Position numbers and translations under genes: made by a program. The notes under the pieces were generated by a model that saw only the letters and a list, made by a program, of their open reading frames with translations, made no database searches and had not been told where the DNA came from. A DNA stretch of 64,000 bases, taken from Octopus sinensis. Lineage: Eukaryota. Of the stretch, positions 25,968 through 37,390 are shown in pieces. Location of the stretch: positions 124,062,001 to 124,126,000 of the forward strand of contig NC_043000.1 of assembly GCF_006345805.1 (NCBI RefSeq), read 5' to 3'. Position 1 is the stretch's first letter. Each line of letters starts with the position of its first letter.

Positions 25968-26682
25968 GTTAATTGAAGCGAAGAATTCATTAAATTTTGT
26001 TTAAGGATTCTGTAATTTTACGTGCTATTTTGTATGATAATTTAAAACTAAGTAGAAAAAAATTATCTGCAGTGCCTCTTAGGTCTTCTCAGTAAGTTAA
26101 CTGAGAGATTCAGGTTGGAAAGTGTATGATATTGAAGGAGCAAATGTTTTGTCTGCGTTAACGGGGGTGGCTAGATCTACCTCAATGCCATAGCAACCAA
26201 GGTTGATCACTTTAAGAAATGTCGTGGAAAACTAGCTCAGGAAGGCAGAGATGCTACTCCCTGAGACTCCTTTCGGAGCCCCCCCCCCCCCTGCCCTGTA
26301 TAGTAAATACCCCACTGTGTAGTAAATGAGAATTCATGCTATTAAGTTGAGGTACAGGATTGGTGACAAGTGATGTTAAAACTCTTGCATGCTACAAACT
26401 TCTGAGTTTACCTGGTTGACAACTGGTAATGGCATGCAGTTGGTAATTCATCTTGTGGTAATACAACACAAAATATTACCTATACTGGCTTGAACACCCA
26501 ATAGAAATAGCCAGAGAAGTAACTTGTATAAATTATGGTTATATCAATTATCAAATCAATTTCTACCAAATTATTTTTGGAATTTACATATAATAAAGTA
26601 ATTAAGTTGGATATTTGGTGTCTCATTGAATTATTCTTGGATATGGAAAATTCAAAGGTTTTTTTTTTCTTTGAGTGTTAAC

Positions 26683-26785
26683 TTGCAGTGATGCTGTAAT
26701 TTGCGTCTGATGGTGCAGTGTGCAGACAACTGCCTATTGTCAACAATGCCACTGGCTCTCATTGAAGAACATTGGAACTGAGCAA
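26683..26785 (+). ncRNA. SNORD16: snoRNA U16 copy 3 (subfamily A)
   Basis: TTGC/GCAA stem, GTGATG box C, intact guide, D' and D CTGA. Confidence 0.92.
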
Positions 26786-26929
26786 GTTGATTTAACGTTG
26801 AAATATGATATAGCATCCCCTCTATGAAATGTTGTTATAAGATTTCATGGAGGGGATCAGTTATAATTCTGATAGAAATTGCAATTCATGGGGAAAAGGA
26901 TGCAATATATAGGAATCAGGAATTAAGGC

Positions 26930-27157
26930 GTTGAGCTGGCAGACATGTTAGTGTGCCGGGCGAAATGCTCAGCAGTATTTCGTCTATCGTTACGTTCTGA
27001 GTTCAAATTCCGCCAAGGTTGACTTTGCCTTTTATCCTTTCGGGGTCGATAAATAAAGTACCAGTTTCGCATTGGGGTCGATGTAATTGACTTAATCCCT
27101 TTGTCTGTCCTTGTTTGTCCCCCCAGTGTTTAGCCCCTTGTGGGCAATAAGGAAATA
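26930..27157 (+). mobile_element. tRNA-derived SINE (short family)
   Basis: GAGCTGGCAGA...GAGTTCAAATTCC...GGGCAATAAGGAAA. Confidence 0.85.
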
Positions 27158-27586
27158 TATATAGGAATCAGTAAGAAACCTGAGGAAGTCCTTTTACAGC
27201 TACTATTTCATAGATTTGTCATCATCATAACTGTTGCAGTAGAGCATCATCGTTTCGTGAAAGTGTTAATAATGTCTTGAGTAATCTGGTGGCCAAACTG
27301 TACACCCGATTGGTTTTTCAGTGATGACAGTTATTTAATCTGAAGTTAGGTGTTTCTTGTAACTCAATCCAATAACTGCTTGATATTTTGATACAATTTA
27401 CTTAACTAAGGTTTTATGGATGGATATTGTTAACAACAGCAAATGGAGTAACTTTTGTTATCCATAGTGAGATTTTTGCTGATAGCTATGTTGCAATACA
27501 TCATAGAGTCGGAGTTAGTATTGTTACTCTGACAGCTTTGTTTTAATTACATTAATATGATACATGTTGTATGAAGATAATCAAAC

Positions 27587-27691
27587 TTGCAATGATGTGG
27601 TAATTTGCGTCTGATGGTGCAGTGTGCAGACAGTTGCCTGCTGTCAATAAATGCCTCTGGCTCTCATTGAAGAAAAGTTAAAACTGAGCAA
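27587..27691 (+). ncRNA. SNORD16: snoRNA U16 copy 4
   Basis: All boxes, guide and terminal stem intact. Confidence 0.92.
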
Positions 27692-28486
27692 GTTTATTTA
27701 CTCCTACCATCTTGTTGAAAATCTTCCAAATCAAAATCTCAGTCATGTAATGATTGAACTGAAAATAACTAAAAAATAGGTTTGTTTATTTAAATGCCTA
27801 TAGTGTATTTACGATTTTGAAAATTGGAATGCCAACCACTCTGATAGTGTAGTGGGTGCCATTTGCGTGACACTGGTATCTGCCACAACTGCGATTTTGC
27901 TCAGCTTGATGGGTCTTAGTAAAAAATCAATTGCAATTAGTGACATGGACATCATAAGCAAAAAAAAATAGTTTTCCCTTGACCTTTTTGTAGATTTTTA
28001 AAGTAAGATTTACAGGTAGTAAATTAATTTTTTCCTTTCAGAAACAACATAGTCAAGTATGCATAGAAGTTTTGATGAAAAGATAATTTCCAAAATAAAT
28101 TGCAAAAATTCAACAATATTCAGATCAATTTTAATAGTGGACATTACAAAATATGAATAAATGGTAAATGGATTAAAGTTTCTTTCTCCAGATTAGAGTT
28201 CATATCTTCCTTTGAATATAAATATGAGTGGTTCAATTCTGGTGGCATAGGACTGAGTGATAAATGTGCTTGCAGGTGAATTTATGTCACATAGGATGTT
28301 ATGACTTACACTGGTCACCATAATTATGTTCAGCAGAAGTAATGATAATTGTTTAGTTGCAAATGATGGTCTCCATATGGTTTTATTTTTCTCTTACTCT
28401 TTCTCACCAAAAGCAAGTCTGTTTAGTGTAACCATGATAACTGATGAGATACTGATGCCTGTGTTGTGTTTAAACCTGATGCTAAC

Positions 28487-28591
28487 TTGCAGTGATGTGG
28501 TAATTTGCGTCTGACGGTGCATTGTGCAGACAGTTGCCTGCTGTCAATAAATGCCTCTGGCTCTCATTGACGAAAAGTTAAAACTGAGCAA
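28487..28591 (+). ncRNA. SNORD16: snoRNA U16 copy 5
   Basis: All boxes intact; C' is TTGACGA. Confidence 0.92.
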
Positions 28592-29049
28592 GTTCATTTA
28601 CTCTTACTGTCTTGTTGAAAAATCTTCCAAGTCAAAACCTCAGTCCTGTAATGATTGAGCTGAAAATAACTAAAAAAAATAGGTTTGTTTATTTAAATGC
28701 CTATAGTGTATTTACTTCAGGTTAGATTATTTTGAAAACTGGAACGCCAACCACTTTGAGAGTGGGTGCCATTTGCTTGACGCTGGTATCTGCCACAACT
28801 GCGATTTTGCTCAGCTTGATGGGTCTTAGTAATAAAATTAATTGCAATTAGTGACATGGACATCATACAATAAAAAAAGGTTATCTCTTGACCTTTTTGT
28901 AGTTTTTTTTTTAGTAAAATTTTGCAGGTAAATATCCATATGGCTTTATTTTTTTCTTACTCTTTCTCACCAAAAGCAAGTCTGTTTAGTGTAACCATGA
29001 CAACTGATGAGATACTGATGCCTGTGTTGTGTTTAAACGTGATGCTAAC

Positions 29050-29154
29050 TTGCAGTGATGTGGTAATTTGCGTCTGACGGTGCAGTGTGCAGACAGTTGC
29101 CTGCTGTCAATAAATGCCTCTGGCTCTCATTGAAGAAAAGTTAAAACTGAGCAA
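29050..29154 (+). ncRNA. SNORD16: snoRNA U16 copy 6
   Basis: All boxes, guide and terminal stem intact. Confidence 0.92.
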
Positions 29155-29609
29155 GTTCATTTACTCTTACCGTCTTGTTGAAAAATCTTCCAAGTCAAAA
29201 CCTCAGTCCTGTAATGATTGAGCTGAAAATAACTAAAAAATAGGTTTGTTTATTTAAATGCCTATAGTGTATTTACTTGAGGTTAGATTATTTTGAGAGT
29301 GGGTGCCATTTGCGTGACACCGGCACAGGTGCCAATTTGCTTGACACTGGTATCTGCCACAACTACGATTTTACTCAGCTTGATGGGTCTTAGTAATAAA
29401 ATTAATTGCAATTAGTGACATGGACATCAAAATAAAAAAGGGTTATCCCTTGACCTTTTTGTAGTTTTTTTTAAAATTAAAATTTGCAGGTAAATATCCA
29501 TATGGTTTTATTTTTCTCTTACTCTTTCTCACCAAAAGCAAGTCTGTTTATTGTAACCATGACAACTGATTACATTGATGCCTGTGTTGTGTTTAAACTT
29601 GATGCTAAC

Positions 29610-29714
29610 TTGCAATGATGTGGTAATTTGCGTTTGATGGTGCAGTGTGCAGACAGTTGCCTGCTGTCAATAAATGCCACTGGCTCTCATTGAAGAAAAG
29701 TTAAAACTGAGCGA
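29610..29714 (+). ncRNA. SNORD16: snoRNA U16 copy 7 (D' CTGA changed to TTGA)
   Basis: Guide intact, D' altered, 3' stem GCGA. Confidence 0.88.
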
Positions 29715-30991
29715 GTTTATATAAATGCTTCTACTTAAACATGTTATGTGAATTTCAGGGTAACCTTTCAATACCAGTCACCTCATCCCAAATTTAACTG
29801 TTTGAAACTATTTGCATAATCTGATTTAAACTGTCATTGAAACTGAAAAATTGATTTTTTTAAATTTATGTAATATGGAAAGTTTATTCTTGTATTTTAA
29901 TAATTTGGGGTTTAGCCTGATGTACATAATATTGATATACCAAGTTGTAAGAAGTTATTACAAAGGCTTCTGGTTGTAAAACACTATCTCTAAAAGTTGT
30001 TCAACCTATACCAGTATGGAAAGCAAACAAAATTATCATGATACCTTACTGAACTCTGGTTTTATGTGGTGCAAGGGAATAAACAAAGTTGCATGATCTT
30101 TATTTACCATAACAGTAACCAGCAAAAGAAGGATTAAGCTTGAGTGTAGTTAAAGTTTTGCTGTTATTGTAGTTTTTTAATGAAACTAATACCAACTAGT
30201 TATAAATTGTAAAGTACAGCAAAATAAATGTGTAGCATAAAATATGATTAGATAAAACAAGGAATAAAAATTTTTATGGCAAAGAAATTGTCCAGGAAAG
30301 AAGAGATGTAATTTTATCATAATAGTCATCAGCAAAAGTAATTAGGTTTATGTGCTGGCAGAATAATGTATCTTGACTGGGATATTGTAGATGTGGTTAA
30401 AAGTACTGTTACTATTTGTAGTAAAACCTAAATTGTGATTTTAGTATGAAGGCCATCTATTCAGCTTATTAATAAACTAGCCTAAATAGGAGGATTTCAC
30501 AATGTTAAATAATCAGTTGTTTTCCAATGGCTTGTGCTTTTCTGATTTCTTTTTAACATATGTATGGTGACAATTATTTATCCTTGCCTCATACTTTGGT
30601 GTGATTTTATGATTCTGTTGTGTCAACACCCCCAGACGATGAAGTAGGCTAGCCCAACACGTAGATATAGAGGGAGAAGCCTAGACGTTGAGAGTTGAGT
30701 ACAGGTCATCCAAACATGCGATATAACAGTGGCAACGAGGATGAGATACTCACACAGCCACTGTGTAGTATTGCAATATAACAGTGCCAATGAGGATTTC
30801 ATAGCTCAGCCACTGTAGTATTGTGATATAACAGATTCTAAGATTTTATGACTGATTATTCTTGGAATATTGTAATGTTTCAGAGATATGTATCACAATA
30901 CTTAAAACCAGGATTAATATATCATTACTACAATAGCTTACCATTTAATTACATTTATATTTGTCTATGTAGTGCTTGAAGATGATCAAAC

Positions 30992-31096
30992 TTGCAATGA
31001 TGTGGTAATTTGCGTCTGATGGTGCAGTGTGCAGACAGTTGCCTGCTGTCAGTAAATGCTTCTGGCTCTCATTGAAGAAAAGTTAAAACTGAGCGA
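30992..31096 (+). ncRNA. SNORD16: snoRNA U16 copy 8
   Basis: All boxes and guide intact; 3' stem GCGA. Confidence 0.9.
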
Positions 31097-31592
31097 GTTT
31101 ATTCTTATGCTAAACATGAAATCATTAAATGTTATATAATCTTCAGGTCGAGTCTTTCTGCTAAGAAACACCCTTTGTCCCAAATTAACCACCTGTATTA
31201 TAATCTAAAATTTCATCCAAGCTCATATGTCATTGTATAAATAAGGGTCCAGAAGTTAAAACCTCCGGTTTTCTGCAATACCTTTGTATCTCAATCTCTA
31301 GAGCCTATTGTTTTTTCTGTTATTTAAAAAAAATTTATTGCCACACAAAAAGTTGATTTATTCATGTGAAAAATGTGTACAAATTCGTCAACGCTTTTGA
31401 CACTAACCCAAATGAGGTTGTTCTTGGTTCTATGATACAAACTTATAAAGTGATCTCAATTAAAACCTCAGAATTTCCTGTAACTTTGTTCCAGCATAAT
31501 AATTATAACAAAAGAGTTAAACATTTGATATTTTCATAAAGTCTAATATTTTTCATTGTTCATTGAAACTTTTTTTTTCTTCTTTATTACAG

Positions 31593-31835
31593 AAAGCTGG
31601 TCTATCTTGTGAATATAAGTCCATATGCCATCTTAAACATCAGAGAGGTTTAAAGAACAGAAAACCTATTTTTGCTGTGAATTACTTTATAATTCTCACA
31701 ACTTCCAATTTGGTAAATAAATGATGAATCTATATGAACATGATGCCTTGTTTTTCTCCAATGTGATATACTGTATAAACTAATGTAATTTATGCATTTT
31801 TCTCACAATAATAAAAATAAACTTTAAGGGTGCAT
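31593..31835 (+). other. Putative terminal non-coding exon of the U16 host gene
   Basis: Strong acceptor T9CTTCTTTATTACAG ending 31592; AATAAA at 31810 and 31816. Confidence 0.55.
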
Positions 31836-32212
31836 AAATTATATTAAATAAAATCATCAGTAATGACCCGAGATAGCAGCTGACACTAGAAATTACATAG
31901 GTTAAAAAAGTGTTGTCCTAAATGTACTTAACCTTAAATGCTAATACACTTTGATAGGTAAATGATTACCTTCTATGTTCAAAACATTTAATATAAACAC
32001 TGCTTTCTTTGAGGCAATTTACAGAAATAGCGTTATAAACATCTTTTGCTATGCTGCTTGGGTTCCATGTTTGTTTTGGCATGGTTTCTACAGCTGGATG
32101 CCCTTTCTAATGCCAACCACTTTACAGTGTACAAGGTACTTTTATGCAGCACTGATACAGGTGCTTTTTATGTGGCACCAATACCCACGTTTTATGTGAA
32201 ATAGATTCTCAA

Positions 32213-32555
32213 TAGGCGTAGGAGTGGCTGTGTGGTGAGTAGCTTGCTTACGAACCACATGGTTCTGGGTTCAGTTCCACTGCGTGGCACCTTAGGCAAG
32301 TGTCTTCTACTATAGCCTCGGGCTGACCAAAGCCTTGTGAGTGGATTTGGTAGACGGAAACTGAAAGAAGCCCATCATATATATGTGTGTTTGTTCTCCC
32401 AACATCACTTGACAACCAATGGTGGTGTGTTTACGTTCAGCAAAAGAGACCGATAGAATAAGTACTAGGCTTACAAAAAATAAATCCTGGGGTCGATTTG
32501 CTTAACTAAAGGTGGTGCTCCAGTATGGCCACATGACTGAAACAAGTGAAAGAGT
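32213..32555 (+). mobile_element. tRNA-derived SINE (long family)
   Basis: Homologous to 21415-21795. Confidence 0.85.
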
Positions 32556-32925
32556 AATTTAATTTGTTTTTAAAATTAAGATGGCAGAATGTCCATAGAA
32601 TATGGATATGAGTCATGCAATTTTAAAAAGTGTTGTATGTGTTCTGCAACAAAAACCGAAATTAGTGGCATAAGGGATAAGAGCATTATTGCTCATAATT
32701 TAAAAATAAAGGCTCAATTTATAGTTTCATCTCAAAAAATAGAACACTCAATAATTAATGACTGTACAGATTCATCTTGAAAAGTGAAGTAGTAAAACAG
32801 CTTACTGTTAGACCTTTTGCTTGAAATAACATAGATATGGAACTATCCTCAATTGATCTTATTTAAGAACTTTCCAACAAAAATGAATAAGAAAACTGAG
32901 TAAATGAAAGTTATATATACATGGC

Positions 32926-32931
32926 TTTATT
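32926..32931 (-). terminator. Poly(A) signal of POLR2K
   Basis: AATAAA on minus strand 44 nt after the stop codon. Confidence 0.65.
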
Positions 32932-32974
32932 CAAGGCTATTTACAAATGAAGCTGCAAAAGGATCCTTCTCTGG

Positions 32975-32997
32975 TTACCGAGCATCAAACACAATCA
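32975..32997 (-). CDS. POLR2K: POLR2K last coding exon (MIVFDAR*)
   Basis: CCCTGTCCAG acceptor; completes the conserved VFDAR C-terminus; TAA stop. Confidence 0.95.
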
Positions 32998-33089
32998 CTG
33001 GACAGGGTTAAGGTTCATAACTTTGGAAATCATTTAAAAAGCTGATTTTTACCTGATATACAATTAATAGCAATTAACATTCAACTTGT

Positions 33090-33370
33090 GTGGAGGTACA
33101 TGGCCTATTGGTTAGAGCAGTGGTCTTGCAGTCAAGGGATCACAGGTTTGAATCTCAGACCAAGCGATGTGTGTGTTTATGAGTGAAACATCTAAGCTCC
33201 ATGTGGCCCTAGCAGAAGGTAATGGCAAACTTCTGCTGACTCTTGCCACAACTTTCTCCTCCTGCATCTAGCAGCTCACCTGCAATGGACTGGCATCTCG
33301 TCCAGGTGGGGAAACCTATATGCCAATAAAACTAGCCCTTATGAGCCAAGCGTGACTCGAAGGAACAAAC
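33090..33370 (+). mobile_element. tRNA-derived SINE with RTE-like GGTAATGGCAAAC segment
   Basis: TGGCCTATTGGTTAGAGC A-box, GGTTTGAATC B-box. Confidence 0.6.
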
Positions 33371-33924
33371 AACATTCAACTAGTACTTAGACTAGATTTC
33401 ATTAATGAAATCAAATGTTTTTTATGGTTCAGTGCTGGTGTGTTTACGCCACCGTAACTTAGCAGTTCAGCAAAAGGAGAGACCGATAGAATAAGTACTA
33501 GGCTTACAAAGAATAAGTCCTGGGGTCGAGTTGTTTGACTAAAGGCGGTACTCTAGCATGGCCACAGTGAAATGACTGAAACAAGTAAAAGAGAGAGTAT
33601 TAGGTGTACATTTGATGTCAAATCCATCAAATTATACTCTTCCTTAACATGTTCTACTGTAACATGTCGAATAAATAAAATGATAGTTATGTGACTTTTT
33701 TCTTTACTAGGTTACATGTAGAGACTGGTTTAATTAGCCTTCAACCTTGGAAGGAAAATGAATAAGTATCATTTCTGTTGTTTCTGACACAGTACAATGC
33801 AATATTTTGTAAGAGAAGGATAAAAGCGATTAAATAGATCCTACAGACACTGCCCACTTCTGAAATAACGAATGGCTGTGTAGCTAAGATGCTTGCTTTG
33901 CAACTACGTGGTTTCAGGTTCAGT

Positions 33925-34160
33925 ACCTATTTCTTTACTACCCACAAGGTGCTAAACACAGAGGGGACAAACAAGGACAGACAAACGGTTTAAGTTGATT
34001 ACATCGACCCCAGTGTGTAACTGGTACTTAATTTATCAACCCCAAAAGGATGAAAGGTAAAGTCGACCTCGGCGGAATTTGAACTCAGAGCGTAATGCCA
34101 GACGAAATACGGCTACGCATTTCGCCCGGCGTGCTAACGTTTCTGCTAGCTCACCGCCTT
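33925..34160 (-). mobile_element. tRNA-derived SINE (short family)
   Basis: Reverse complement of the 26930 and 49084 copies. Confidence 0.85.
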
Positions 34161-34627
34161 TCAGGTTCAGTACCACTGCATAGTACCTTGAGCAAGTGTC
34201 TTGTACTATAAACCTTGGGCTCACCAATGCTACGAATGAATTTGATAGACACAAACTGTATAGAAGCCTCATCATCTGCCTTATGTGTGTGCAGGTGTTT
34301 GTGTTCACTGTTGCTTGACAATAGGTGTTGGTTTGCTTACATCCTCATAATCTAGCAGTTCAGCAAAAGATCTCATTACGATAAGTACTAGATTTTAAAA
34401 ATTAGTACTGGAGTCAACAGCATGGCCACAATCCAATAACCGAAACAAGTAGAAAGTAAAAGATATCCGTCCAGAAAATTATCCAAAATTTAAGGAACAC
34501 AACCAATTACTGCAAAGTGATGCTCTACACGTTTTGATTTTTGTTATTACCAAGTGTTACCTAGAATCAGGTATTCCGTAAGCCATCTAGACCCATCTCA
34601 AATTTAAAGACAAAAGCAAAAGGATAC

Positions 34628-34720
34628 TTCTTGTTGTTCGTTTCTTGTACATAATTCTGTAACCACATTCTCGACAACGAATTGGATCTCTGGCTTTGAT
34701 TTCATTTTCCTGATGGCATT
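34628..34720 (-). CDS. POLR2K: POLR2K middle coding exon ([31 protein letters not shown])
   Basis: 93 nt phase 1-1, TTTGTAG acceptor, GTATCC donor; RPB12 zinc ribbon. Confidence 0.97.
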
Positions 34721-35852
34721 CTACAAATAAACCATAAACATTTTGTTGAGTTATAGAAAAGGCTTTGAAACAAAACTTAGAATCAATATATTTTGTTTAT
34801 CACTGTTATTTATGACAACTCTAACCCTAAAACCAGTACAAATGCACAAATGATGTCATAAATAACAGTAACAAACGAAATATATACCACTGATAGTTGT
34901 TGTTGACAAACAACAGCAGTAATTTTATTCAGCTGAATGTACGTCATTGATTGGTTGAAATTACTGAAATACGACAACTTTAATGTGAAATAACTTCCTA
35001 AATATAAGCTTTTCTCAAAAACGCTAAGAGTAAAAGATGTTTTATATGACATATTCTACCAGTGTCCGAAATTTGAAAGTGTTTAGTTACAAAAAATTAT
35101 TTTAAAAATCTGTCGGTTAAAAGGTAAAGATCCGATGTTTACAATCACAGTATACGTACATTGTGTGGCCACTTTTCATTTTGTGCACCTGTACCTTTTC
35201 TAGAACATATTGAAGCACATAAGAGCAAAACTAAAACTACTGATAAAAGTTTCTAATGTCAAGATAAATGAGAACAATTCTTTCAAAATAGGATTAGTGC
35301 ATTCGTCTATTCTGTTTAGCAATATAACCAACCTGGTGTCATTTAGCTTTTGTCTAAGACAGGAAATCATGATTTGTAACTGAGGTTGTTTACATCGGCC
35401 TGCTACAGAAAGCTTCAGCTCATGCTTCAAGTCAGCATGAAAGTGATGGAAACAACCTTTATCTCCATGAACCTCTTCTTCCTCAATGACTACCAGTGTG
35501 GTTTTCATGAAGCTGTTATCTTGCAAATATTGAAAGAGAAATTTCAACAACATTGATGACAAAATCTGCAGGCACAGCACTTTTCTCCTATCCAAATCAA
35601 CAAAATAATAACAAAGCTATGAATATGAATATCCTTTCAGTAGCTATTAAGGTACACAACTGCCACAACTTTTATTATTTATTTCTTGCAAAGACTGTTT
35701 ATGTCCTGGTCACTTGGTTGTAAATAATATTAAATAAATGCTTTGTAAACTTGCAGTGCTGAGTTCAAGAAGATTGTATAATATGATCCTGATACACAGT
35801 TGGAATGACCTTTAAAGCAGTCAATACAATCTAAAACAAAATCATAAATTAC

Positions 35853-35922
35853 CTCCACATATATAAATCATGGCACTTTTTCTTGCAGCTGCCTGGTTAC
35901 TGTCTTTATTTTGCTGCTCCAT
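35853..35922 (-). CDS. POLR2K: POLR2K first coding exon (MEQQNKDSNQAAARKSAMIYICG); exon begins at 35932
   Basis: TTATTACAG acceptor, GAG|GTAATT donor, phase 1; MIYICG|ECH motif; total protein 61 aa. Confidence 0.95.
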
Positions 35923-37177
35923 TGACTGATCTCTGTAATAAGACAAATCAATAATCAATAAAAATCAATAATAATCAATTATTAAATGATCATGGTTAGC
36001 AAATTCTCATTACATTCTTAAACTAATGTAAGACAAAGAAATAATACAAATAAATGGAAAGCAAAACTACAAGAAAAAAGCTAAATTCACTGAAGTTTGT
36101 CCCAAATCACAATTCAGTACCTTTCATGTTAGCTGTAATATCATCTGATTATTTTAATATGATGACCTAGTGCTTGTAGCTGAATCATCATCACTATCAC
36201 TACATAAGACCCATCTGGCATGCTGGCATGGGTTGAACAGTTCAAAAGAAGTTGGCAAACCAGATGACTGTGCTAAGCTCCAATATCTACTTCGATATGG
36301 TTTCTATGGCTAGATATCCTTCAGAAAGAATTATAGAATCATAGAAGAAAATTTGAATGTGGAAGCAAAGACATTGTTTACATTAGCAGTAATGAAGAAA
36401 AAATTATTGCAATCTGGGAATGGAACAAGCTCAATATACAGTAAAAAAAAGTAGGAATGTTACACAGTGTAGCTAATGTAAAAAGCGAGTAGGAAATGCA
36501 GTGAGATTACAGGCAGGCTCATAGAGGACATTGTATGAAGGAGATATACAGGAATAATTAGAAAAAATATATATATATAAAATAAAATATTTCCTATGCT
36601 CAGAGGGATCTGTAGAAATAGTTGATAGCTTCTGTTAACTATCTAGGTGATCTAAACAGCTGTGAAAGTGGGTGCACCAAAGACATCACCAGAGTAAGAA
36701 TGGAGCTATGACCTCTGCTGCCAACAAAGAAAATCTCTGAGTGAGGGGCAGATTGTATAGTGTTTGTGTACTTGGTGTGATAGGGCATGATAGTGAAACA
36801 CAGTACTGAATAGTAGAGGATGAGAAAAAACTGGAAAAAAATGAGGTGAATATGCTTCACTGGAAGAGTAATATTAGTAGTATGCTTGTGCAAAAGAACT
36901 TAAACTGGGGGAAAAAAAAAACTGGAATCAGATGCAATGAGTTAAGGAGAAGACTGCAATGACACAAACATGTAATTCATATGGATGATGATATTTGAAT
37001 AAAGAGATGTCAAGAATTCCAAGTGGACAGAACTTGCAGAAAATGAAGGAAAATATGGAAGAGGCAATGAATGGTAATCTCAGGAGACTGAACTCATGAA
37101 GGAGATGACAAATGATTAAGTGGCAACACACTGTACTGGAGAACTCAACCTATGCAAGTACAAAAAACAGACATTAA

Positions 37178-37390
37178 CCCTTTCGTTACTGTATTTATTT
37201 TGAGATACTCTGTATTTCTTTCAATTATTTTAGATATAACAAAGAATCTAGTAAAATAACTTATTCAGCTAGTGTTAGGAACATAAATTGTGACTAAGGT
37301 TTGGTGGAAGATTTTAATTCAGAACTTTTGAAAACAAGACATTTGTTCTCAGAGCCAGAGCCGGTTTCAGCTGGATTGGTAACGAAAGTG
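37178..37390. mobile_element. piggyBac-type MITE
   Basis: TIRs CCCTTTCGTTAC / GTAACGAAAGTG with TTAA on both sides; a lone left end also at 5636. Confidence 0.8.

Noticed and set aside
28438-28456. TGATGAGATACTGA (adjacent C- and D-like boxes) upstream of U16 copies 5 and 6
   Set aside because: Too short for a snoRNA and not conserved in the unit before copy 7
30720-30835. Tandem repeat of about 55 bp (GATATAACAGTG...CAGCCACTGTAGTATTG)
   Set aside because: Two to three degenerate units with no boxes, ORF or hairpin support
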